A stretch of DNA of 64,000 nucleotides, from positions 573-64,572 of the forward strand of contig DASSNC010000111.1 of assembly GCA_035688305.1 (NCBI GenBank), given 5' to 3'. The notes beneath the pieces were generated by a model that had not been told where the DNA came from, did not search any database, and saw nothing but the letters and a program-made list of their open reading frames with translations. Positions 56,306 to 64,000 of this stretch are shown here, in pieces (position 1 is the stretch's first letter; each line of letters starts with the position of its first letter). Origin of the DNA: Rhodanobacteraceae bacterium (GTDB lineage Bacteria > Pseudomonadota > Gammaproteobacteria > Xanthomonadales > Rhodanobacteraceae). Position numbers and translations under genes: made by a program.

Positions 56306-59300
56306 ACGTCACCTTCCTTCCGCTTGACCCTGCCAGTGACCTTCTCTTTTCCCTTCCTCGACGATTTTGGTGAAGCCAGAAGCTCGGAGGCGTCCAGGCG
56401 CATGGCGTCACCGCCTTTGACCTCTTCGTCGAAGCCGGCCGAAACAGCACCAAGCGGAGACCCTTCTCTCCATGCTGCCTTTGCGCCCACGATGACAAGA
56501 CGATCCATCGCTCGACTCAGGGCGACATTGATTCGATTCTTCTTCGCCAGGAAGCCGGGCTGTATTGTAGGCGCCCCGCGGTCCTTGATCCCATCTGCGT
56601 TGTTTCGAACCAGCGACAGAATCACAATGAGGTTTTCTTTGCCTTGGTAGCTGTCGATAGTGTCAACCTTGATCGCGCGCCTGAATACCTCTGGAAGGCT
56701 CTCGGATTGGAGTTTCCGTCTCACGAGTTCAAGCTGCGCCGCATACGCGCAGATCACGCCGATCGCCTCCACGCCATCCGGCAGAGTCTTAATCCAGCTC
56801 AAGAATGGCTCGTGTTCGGACCAGCGCTTAAGCAGCCAGACGATCACATCCGCTTCGGCGGCATTGTGTAAACTCCCACGCCTTATACTTCCGGCCCTTT
56901 GGTAAGCGCTCGCACCCATGGCGTCCGTACTCACCCACACGAGTGGAACCGCCAGTTCAGGCGGCAGGGCCCCCGGAGGAATTTCTGGCTTGGTCCGTTC
57001 GTGTTGCAGAGCTCGGTCGTAGAACGAGTTGGAGACCAACCTGCCGATCGGCGGAAGCATCCGATACTGCTTCTTTAACGTATGCCCCCCATGTTTGCCG
57101 TATGTGGATTCGAACGCGCGCTCGAAATCGCTCTTAACCACTTCGGCTGCCGAAATCTTCAACTCAAGCGCGAGAGCATCCACGACATCTGGAGAATGCT
57201 GGGGTTCGAGTTGCGCGTGGTCGCCTACTAGCACGACCCATTTCCCCGCTTGTATTGGAACCGCCAGCTCGCTCGGAGTGCAGCGCGCCGCCTCATCCAC
57301 GATCACGAGATCAAAGGTTGTCTTCGTCAGCCCCAAGGAAGAACGGCCAAGGCCTACGCATGTACCCGAGACTACTTGCCGGGTGCCGGCTAGAAAAGTC
57401 TCGTAGCTCCTCTGCCATGTAGAGACAGTTCCGACGATGTCCCGCCCGAGCTCTGCGATGTTTCGCAGCCGCTCAACCCTATGAGCAGTTTCATTCGAAA
57501 GCCTTGAGAAGAAGAGGGAGGTGACCATGTTCTCGACCTCGCTCGATTCAACTTCTGACAGGTCGCAATCAATACCACGATCTAGAAGGCGCTGCTGCAC
57601 AGTTGCCTTCAATGAGTTGACTCGGACTGTTTCGCTGTTTGCCTCGACCAACTCGGAAACGCGGGCCAGTATCGGCCGGATTGTGTCCTCGAAGAACATC
57701 ACGGTCTCGCATTCGGTTTCACTCAGTCCAAGATATCTCGCAACGACACCCATCCTTAATTCGCGGGTCGCGACGAAGTCATCCTTATAAGCTCGTTCAA
57801 CGGCAGCGGCGTGGTATGGCCTCAACGACTCGGAAATCTGGCCCTCAGCGCCAACCCGAATCATGCTTAGCGAGTCGCGGTCCTTTCCGAACAAGTTCAA
57901 TACGGCCTCGGCCGCGTTGTTGACAGCTTCATGCGATTGACTGGCAACTAGCACGTTCCTCGCGAGCCCATGAGTCAGCGCGTAGTGCACCAGTGCGCCA
58001 ATGAAGCGCGTCTTTCCTGTCCCTGGGGGGCCCTGCAACAAGCCCAACGGCCGATGCGCGACGATTCCTTTGAATGCGGCCACCTGCGTCGGATTGAGCT
58101 TATAGCGCTGCACCAGCAGGTCTTCTTCCACCTCAATGGTGATGTTGTAGGGCCGCTTGCCTGTGGCAGGGTAAAAAGCGTCGAGCAACTCAGGAGCAAC
58201 GGAGTTTTTGGTGAGAATTCGAGTTGTTGCCTCCTCGCGGCGCTGCCAGCTCGTGTTCTCCATACGACTTTGGAACCGGAGGCGGTCGCCATCTCGAACG
58301 ATGGGGCCTCGAGAGCCGTCGACGTAACCGTGAATGGCCAAAGCGTCTGCAGATGTCTTCTGAACGTCGAGGGCCCCGATCTTGCGCCAGATGCCGTTAT
58401 TGTCGAGTCGCTCAACTGCGACCACGTCCTTTCGGTCGAAATCCAGGTTGCCGACCGACAGCTGAATCGGTAATACGTGAAGACGCGCTTGCGAGCGATA
58501 TGTACTGTCGCCTAAGGCAAGAACCTCCGTCTTGAGCTCGCCCTCGATCCGAATCGAACGCTCCCACAACAGTGGCACATCCAAACTACCCCTTGCTCCA
58601 CCTTCGCCGGCTGCTTGCTCTCGCTCTACAAGCTCGTCCTCCTTTGCTTCGATGCTGGCGACTTGAGACAGTTCCTGCTCGCTCTCTTCCTTTATCTGAG
58701 GTGGTGGCGCGCCCAGTGCAGCCGCAACCTCAGGGAGTTGGAGGATCGACGAAATAGCCCCCAATTGACTCAATCCGCTTTCAATCACGAGATTCGCGCG
58801 GAATCCGCAGATCTTCTGCTTCGCGAGCCAAGATGCCTGCGCTTGTTCAAGCTTGTTGCGCCACGCCTTCGAGGGCGCTCCGGTAGCGCCCAATTCGACC
58901 GAAAGCTCCTCGACTGCGCCAACGATTTTGAGTCGCCTGTCGCTTTTCACAATCCAAAACTGCCCTTCGTCAGGAAGCATCGGGCCAGATTCAGTGCGAG
59001 GAATGGAGATGGTGAAACTCGGCAGATCACTTTCAGTAGGCGGTTTCGCAGCGACTTCGAGAGCCTCGCGTAGCGGTAACAATGTACCGTTCGCTGGAGG
59101 TCCCATGCGACATTCTTCGATGGCCCTTTCGATTCGTCGAGCGACTTCCGCATTGATGTCTAGCCTCGCCAGAAGTTCCTCTGCGATTTTTGTCACTGCG
59201 TAGCGATCGCGCTCGAATCGCCCACCCGAAGCGGGTGAATAGGCTCGAGATCGACGAGATCCGTCTTGGGCGGATGAGTAGTCGACCATGTCAATGAGAA

Positions 59301-61227
59301 CCGGCAGGGGCTTGCCTGCACTTCCATCGACAATGATGTTGTCAGGTTTTAGGTCTCCATGAGCCACCGCTCGCCCATGCAGATTTTCAATCACATCGAT
59401 GAGCTCGACGATAAACTCTATCGCTGCAAGCGCCTCTCCTAGTGGGCCGGTTCCCATGCTCTCCGCAAGCGTTCTGCCGGGAACATACTCCTGAACCAGA
59501 ACAATCGCATCGCCAGTCCAATGCACATTAAGCAGTCGAGCAGTCCCCTTAGCCGGAGCCTCTGCTAACTGCTGAGCATGGTCTAAAAACGCAAGGATTC
59601 GGGAGCGCTCCTTAGCAATGTTCCCGAGCGTGAGCGACTGCCACATCTTTACGAGGCGCAGTTGTCCTTCGGAATCGGCTCTCCAGACAATCGCCCGCTC
59701 ATCGTCGCTTATGAGCTCGGTCTCGAGATAAGCCTTGAAGATATCTCTCTGTGTCTTCAATGTTCGGTAGCGCTCGAGCCCTTCGATTGTCGACTTTTCA
59801 TCGCTGCCTGAAACAAGAGCGGCGTTGAACGCTGCAAGCATTTCGCCCGCGTCGCTGAATCGATTGGACTGGTCCACGTCCAGACACTTCTCGAACCACG
59901 GATGCAGATTAGAAAACTCTCCGTCTGCGTCGATCGTACTGTTCCATTCTGGCGGCTCGCCGCGGGGAGGCTCCCCAAATAGCAGACGGTGAATCACGCA
60001 TCCCAGCAAAAATACATCCCTGCGAAGTAGATCAACAGGTCCACCCAAGATGTCCTCAGGCATGCTGGAAGTAGAAAGAAACTGAAACCGAGACTCGCCT
60101 AGCGTCTGGACTTCAGGTAAAGATGCAGACATCAAATGTGAGAGTTTTACCGTACTTGGTAGCTCCACCCATACGCTGTGAGCACCCAAATCCAAGTGAG
60201 CGGCGTTCAATGCGTGAATCGGTGCTACCGACGACAGAACCTGTCGTGCTAAGGCGATGCGTTCTCCTGCGGTGGCACCAGCGAGGTCCGACTGAGCGAA
60301 CTCGCTCAAGCGCTTCATCCGTCGTCGGCGCTCGAAAACCTCCCAGTAAGAGACACCACGCTCCGGATCTTCCGCCTTTGGCTTGAAAATCGACTCACCG
60401 CACTTCGGGTTCCGATCATCCAACCAAGCGATAACCTTCCTTTCACGACCTGCTATTTCCGCGCGCCCGGCTTCGGTCTGAAACCGTGTGTCAGCCTTTG
60501 CAAAGTTCCAGCGGCGCAGGAGTCCGCAGGAATTGTCAATTCCAGACTCCTCCACGTCAAACTCGGCATAGAGCTCTTCACGGTGCTGGAATGTGGGCGC
60601 GTCTACACGCGCTATGAAGCCACCATAATTGCGTTTGCCAACTTGGAATATTCCACCACCCACATTGAAAAAGCGCCTGAAGCGCTGCATCCAGACATCG
60701 CTCGTGAAGTCTTCGAAGAAGACAGGACCAAAGGCTTTGATTCTTTTATCCTTGTTTCGGACAACCTTGATGAAGTCATCGATGTAGAAGACGAACGCTG
60801 ACTCGCTATCGGCAATCTGAGACCGATCTTTGGTATTGGTCAGCACTACCGCTGACTGGATCATCGGGGTGGGCAGAGGATCAGTTAATCCCTCCTTCTT
60901 AGCCTGCTCTGATAATGATTTTTTAAGAATGGGATGAAGTTCGCGCGCGATCTCTGCGATTTTCCCTACGGGGGATCGACCATTGTTGCGGTTTCCATTG
61001 AACCAGTTGCCATCGCGACTACTGATCGGCCCCTTCCAGTCCTTCAAGTCGACCAGCAAAAAGCGATCTTCCAACACAAGAACTACGTCGATTTCTCGAG
61101 TACCTTTTCCAGGCAAAGACAGATCAAGGTTCGTAAACGCGTGCCAACTATCTGGGAGAGCCTTAAGTTTGTCTAATCCTGGAACCTCACGAACATGAAT
61201 TCCACGGCCATTGTTGAATATTTTCAT
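56302..61227 (-). CDS. Fusion protein with NERD nuclease-like domain, pseudokinase-like segment, Ser/Thr-kinase-like domain and Upf1/DNA2-like SF1 helicase
   Basis: 1641 aa. NERD motif EIDVVLVLEDRFLLVDLKDWKG (aa ~45-66). Degenerate kinase loop HLDLGAHS (nt 60175-60198) followed by DVFLLGCVIHRLLFGEPP. Second kinase with LRLVKMW (beta3 Lys), VQEYVPGRTLAE (hinge), HGDLKPDN (nt 59338-59361) and LIDMVDY. Helicase motifs GPPGTGKT (nt 58009-58032), VIVDEAARC, GDHAQLEP, KKQYRM, TIDSYQGKE and VALSRA. Confidence 0.85.
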   Translation of the reverse strand: MKIFNNGRGIHVREVPGLDKLKALPDSWHAFTNLDLSLPGKGTREIDVVLVLEDRFLLVDLKDWKGPISSRDGNWFNGNRNNGRSPVGKIAEIARELHPILKKSLSEQAKKEGLTDPLPTPMIQSAVVLTNTKDRSQIADSESAFVFYIDDFIKVVRNKDKRIKAFGPVFFEDFTSDVWMQRFRRFFNVGGGIFQVGKRNYGGFIARVDAPTFQHREELYAEFDVEESGIDNSCGLLRRWNFAKADTRFQTEAGRAEIAGRERKVIAWLDDRNPKCGESIFKPKAEDPERGVSYWEVFERRRRMKRLSEFAQSDLAGATAGERIALARQVLSSVAPIHALNAAHLDLGAHSVWVELPSTVKLSHLMSASLPEVQTLGESRFQFLSTSSMPEDILGGPVDLLRRDVFLLGCVIHRLLFGEPPRGEPPEWNSTIDADGEFSNLHPWFEKCLDVDQSNRFSDAGEMLAAFNAALVSGSDEKSTIEGLERYRTLKTQRDIFKAYLETELISDDERAIVWRADSEGQLRLVKMWQSLTLGNIAKERSRILAFLDHAQQLAEAPAKGTARLLNVHWTGDAIVLVQEYVPGRTLAESMGTGPLGEALAAIEFIVELIDVIENLHGRAVAHGDLKPDNIIVDGSAGKPLPVLIDMVDYSSAQDGSRRSRAYSPASGGRFERDRYAVTKIAEELLARLDINAEVARRIERAIEECRMGPPANGTLLPLREALEVAAKPPTESDLPSFTISIPRTESGPMLPDEGQFWIVKSDRRLKIVGAVEELSVELGATGAPSKAWRNKLEQAQASWLAKQKICGFRANLVIESGLSQLGAISSILQLPEVAAALGAPPPQIKEESEQELSQVASIEAKEDELVEREQAAGEGGARGSLDVPLLWERSIRIEGELKTEVLALGDSTYRSQARLHVLPIQLSVGNLDFDRKDVVAVERLDNNGIWRKIGALDVQKTSADALAIHGYVDGSRGPIVRDGDRLRFQSRMENTSWQRREEATTRILTKNSVAPELLDAFYPATGKRPYNITIEVEEDLLVQRYKLNPTQVAAFKGIVAHRPLGLLQGPPGTGKTRFIGALVHYALTHGLARNVLVASQSHEAVNNAAEAVLNLFGKDRDSLSMIRVGAEGQISESLRPYHAAAVERAYKDDFVATRELRMGVVARYLGLSETECETVMFFEDTIRPILARVSELVEANSETVRVNSLKATVQQRLLDRGIDCDLSEVESSEVENMVTSLFFSRLSNETAHRVERLRNIAELGRDIVGTVSTWQRSYETFLAGTRQVVSGTCVGLGRSSLGLTKTTFDLVIVDEAARCTPSELAVPIQAGKWVVLVGDHAQLEPQHSPDVVDALALELKISAAEVVKSDFERAFESTYGKHGGHTLKKQYRMLPPIGRLVSNSFYDRALQHERTKPEIPPGALPPELAVPLVWVSTDAMGASAYQRAGSIRRGSLHNAAEADVIVWLLKRWSEHEPFLSWIKTLPDGVEAIGVICAYAAQLELVRRKLQSESLPEVFRRAIKVDTIDSYQGKENLIVILSLVRNNADGIKDRGAPTIQPGFLAKKNRINVALSRAMDRLVIVGAKAAWREGSPLGAVSAGFDEEVKGGDAMRLDASELLASPKSSRKGKEKVTGRVKRKEGDV

Positions 61228-61422
61228 TCAGCGCGCCTGCTCTTGAGTCCACACATGCTCCGCCATCCAAGCACCAATCCGCCAAGGTTCCGGAGCCACT
61301 CAGAACCCGTGTTGCGCATAACGACGCTTGATCTTCACGGGTTGCTTTGTCGGTAATCTGACCGAATTAACTTGATTCGAGCTACCAATCTCCTTGATGC
61401 ACGCGCCTTGGATGCGTCGATC

Positions 61423-64000
61423 TCAGACCGAAGTATCGGTGGAACGCACCACGCTCCCTTCGCGCAATGATTCGTAAAGCCGGGCAGGGCCCAACAATAC
61501 CTCACGGATACCAGTACGCACGCGTTCGGAATCCAGGGCCTGGGTGCTCATCGAGGTATGCGCGGCCAAGGCATCCATGATCGCATTCATCAGCTCTCTG
61601 CCGAGGTCGGGCGAGTTGGCGAACTGCTCCTTGGTATTGCTGGCCGCCTGCTGAATCAGGGTTTCCGATTCCAGCAGTTTGCCCTTGATGACATTGTTCA
61701 CGTAGCTCAGCTTATCGTTTTCGGTAAGGTCGCCCTGGAACAGGTCGTTGACCTGCTCGATGATCTGCGCGAGCTGCTCCTTCGCCGGGTCGCGAATCTC
61801 ATGCGTCCCGGTTTCGTCCATCGGCTTCAGCTTCGGGTACCGCTGGTCCATCAGTGACATCGCGGCCTTGCCAAGATTGCGCAGCCGGTGATGGGTCAGC
61901 ACGATTTGCGACAGGTCGATGGTTTCGCGCTCGCGGCCGAATTCCAGCAGCGGCAACAGGCGCTTGAAGAAGATCGCCCGCTTCTCCACCGCCGTATTGC
62001 CGTAATCGAAGATCTGCGACAGGAATGCGTACACACGCAGATAGATGCCGAGGTTCTTCTTGAACAGTTGCAGCGCGTTCATCTCGTCCTGCGCGGCTTG
62101 CTCGGCCTTGGCATCCCGGCCCTCCTGCGCAGCACGCCATGACTGCTGTGCAGCCCGGTACTGCCTCAGCAAGCGTTCCGCGACCGGTTCGATCGTCGCC
62201 GCCAGTTCACGTTGAGCGCCTTGCGGATCCAGTTCCGCCCGCACCACGCGCTCGACTTCGTTGTCGTCGTAGTGCCCGGATGCGTTTAGTTGTGCAAGCA
62301 GGTCGTAGACCAGATTCGGATCGGTGACACGCTCCAGCTCTGCGGTTTCGTAGTAGGTCTTGAACGCCTGCAGAATTTCCCCGGCATCGTTGACGAAATC
62401 CAGTACGTAGGTGGTGTCCTTCTTGCCGAACGGGCCGCGATACGCCCGATTGAGACGTGACAATGTCTGCACAGCTTGGATGCCGGCAAGGCGCTTGTCC
62501 ACGTACATGCCGCACAGCAAAGGCTGGTCGAAGCCGGTCTGGAACTTGTTGGCGACCAGCAGGATTTGATACTCGTCGGTCGCGAACGCCTCGCGCATGT
62601 CCTGGCGGCGCAGGGTCGGATTCAGCGACGTGCTGTTTTCCGTGAACGCGTCCGGACCGGATTCGGGGTCGTGCACTTCGCCCGAGAACGCCACCAGCGT
62701 GCCGATCGGATAGCCGCGATCCTTGATGTACTTGTCGATGGCAAGCTGCCAGCGCACCGCCTCCACGCGGCTGGCCACCACCACCATCGCCTTGGCGTGG
62801 CCGTCGAGCAACGGCGCGACGTTCTCGCGGAAGTGCTCGACCACCACCTGCACCTTCTGCGCGATGTTGTACGGGTGCAGCCGCACCCAGCGCATGATGC
62901 CCTTCAGGGCCGAGTTGACCTCGACTTCCTTCTCGTCCCATTCCTTGCCCTGGTTGGCCAGCTTGAACGCGAGTTTGTACGGTGTGTAGTTTTCCAGCAC
63001 GTCGAGGATGAATTCCTCCTCGATCGCTTGGCGCATGGAATAGATGTGGAACGGCGCGGGCTTGTTGTCGTCGCCCGCCGGCCGGTCCGGAGCGGGTCGC
63101 GTGCCGAACAGCTCCATCGTCTTGGCCTTCGGTGTCGCGGTGAAGGCCACGTAGGTCACGCCCGCGGTGTTCGCCCGTGCGGCCATCTGCACGGCCAGCA
63201 TGTCCTCGGTGTCGATCTCGCCGCCGTCTTCTATCTCCGCAAGTTCCTGCACGGAGAGCACCTGCCGCAACTTGCTGGCTGCCTCGCCGGTCTGCGAACT
63301 GTGCGCCTCGTCGGCGATCACCGCAAAGCGCTTGCCCTGCGTCGCGGCCAGTTCCTGTACGGTCTTCAGCGCGAACGGAAAAGTCTGGATCGTGCACACG
63401 ACGATCTTCTTGCCGCCGGCCAGCGCTTTCGCCAGCTCCGCACTCTTGGCCGCGCTTTCGCCGGTGACGACCTCGACCACGCCGGTGGTGCGCTCGAAGT
63501 CGAACACCGCATCACGCAACTGCGCGTCCAGCACGTTGCGGTCGCTCACCACCAGCACGGTGTCGAACACCTTGCGGTTGTCGGCATCGTGCAGGTCGGC
63601 GAGGAAGTGCGCCGTCCACGCGATCGAATTGGTCTTGCCGGAACCGGCCGAATGCTGTATCAGGTATTTCCCGCCGGCGCCCTTCGCGTACACATCCACC
63701 ACCAGTTTGCGTGTCGCGTCCAACTGGTGATAGCGCGGAAAGATCAGCGCCTTGATACGTTTTTTCTCGTCGCGCGGCGTGACCAGGTAGCGACCGATGA
63801 TTTCGAGCCAACTGTCACGCTGCCAAACCTGTTCCCACAGGTACGCGGTGCGGTAGCCGTCAGGATTCACCGGGTTGCCCTTGCCGCCATGGTCGCCGCG
63901 GTTGAACGGCAGGAACGCCGTCGCCGCACCAGCCAGCCGCGTGGTCATTTCCACTTCGCTGCTGCTGACCGCGAAGTGCACCAGCGCGCCGCCGGGGAAC
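61423..64000 (-). CDS. hsdR: Type I restriction enzyme R subunit (HsdR); the N-terminus lies outside the window
   Basis: The reading frame is open to the window edge. Motifs: LIQHSAGSGKTNSIAW (motif I), VIADEAHSSQTG (DEAH), FTATPK and QTLSRLNR (motif VI). High, host-like GC. Confidence 0.9.
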   Translation of the reverse strand, partial: FPGGALVHFAVSSSEVEMTTRLAGAATAFLPFNRGDHGGKGNPVNPDGYRTAYLWEQVWQRDSWLEIIGRYLVTPRDEKKRIKALIFPRYHQLDATRKLVVDVYAKGAGGKYLIQHSAGSGKTNSIAWTAHFLADLHDADNRKVFDTVLVVSDRNVLDAQLRDAVFDFERTTGVVEVVTGESAAKSAELAKALAGGKKIVVCTIQTFPFALKTVQELAATQGKRFAVIADEAHSSQTGEAASKLRQVLSVQELAEIEDGGEIDTEDMLAVQMAARANTAGVTYVAFTATPKAKTMELFGTRPAPDRPAGDDNKPAPFHIYSMRQAIEEEFILDVLENYTPYKLAFKLANQGKEWDEKEVEVNSALKGIMRWVRLHPYNIAQKVQVVVEHFRENVAPLLDGHAKAMVVVASRVEAVRWQLAIDKYIKDRGYPIGTLVAFSGEVHDPESGPDAFTENSTSLNPTLRRQDMREAFATDEYQILLVANKFQTGFDQPLLCGMYVDKRLAGIQAVQTLSRLNRAYRGPFGKKDTTYVLDFVNDAGEILQAFKTYYETAELERVTDPNLVYDLLAQLNASGHYDDNEVERVVRAELDPQGAQRELAATIEPVAERLLRQYRAAQQSWRAAQEGRDAKAEQAAQDEMNALQLFKKNLGIYLRVYAFLSQIFDYGNTAVEKRAIFFKRLLPLLEFGRERETIDLSQIVLTHHRLRNLGKAAMSLMDQRYPKLKPMDETGTHEIRDPAKEQLAQIIEQVNDLFQGDLTENDKLSYVNNVIKGKLLESETLIQQAASNTKEQFANSPDLGRELMNAIMDALAAHTSMSTQALDSERVRTGIREVLLGPARLYESLREGSVVRSTDTSV

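Larger units (their letters stand above)
42208..64000. mobile_element. Genomic island integrated inside thyA; the right end was not found in the window
   Basis: Abrupt loss of thyA homology and a GC drop by eye at 42208 (from mid/upper 60s % to low/mid 50s %). A recombinase trio lies at the left end, followed by defence-type cargo. No thyA 3' remnant occurs before 64000. From about 61.4 kb (hsdR) the GC returns to host-like values, so the island is either mosaic or ends near 61.3 kb against another accessory segment. Confidence 0.7.

Overview
This is a 64-kb window from a high-GC gammaproteobacterium whose gene order looks like Xanthomonadales. All calls were made by eye from the ORF translations and the DNA; no searches were run.

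Positions 1-42,207 are ordinary core chromosome:
- a two-component pair and pilT/pilU
- the pyrB-ruvX-yqgE-tonB-gshB block
- a complete Pil-Chp chemosensory cluster (pilG/H/I/J, a giant chpA, a CheW-like gene)
- housekeeping genes (pirin, rsmE, bioA, IMPase, dodecin, pdxH, yggT, proC)
- an mdtABC-type RND efflux operon and a POT peptide permease

The core region also carries several families of intergenic repeats: REP arrays, stacked palindromes and heptamer tracts.

At position 42,208 the native thyA is cut off about two thirds of the way through by a visibly lower-GC island that runs to at least about 61.3 kb. It probably extends past the window end, because no thyA 3' remnant is seen. The island contains, in order:
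- its own complete long-type thyA
- a translationally coupled three-gene tyrosine-recombinase module organised like Tn554 tnpA/B/C
- on the opposite strand, a 2013-aa Cap4-like-nuclease/STAND NTPase
- an unrecognisable 505-aa protein
- a 1641-aa protein fusing NERD, a pseudokinase-like segment, a kinase and an SF1 helicase
- a high-GC type I restriction hsdR, truncated by the window end

The best candidate for an undescribed defence system is the overlapping gene pair of the NERD-kinase-helicase giant and the 505-aa protein, possibly working with the STAND protein. The thyA-replacing integration strategy is the second most interesting feature.
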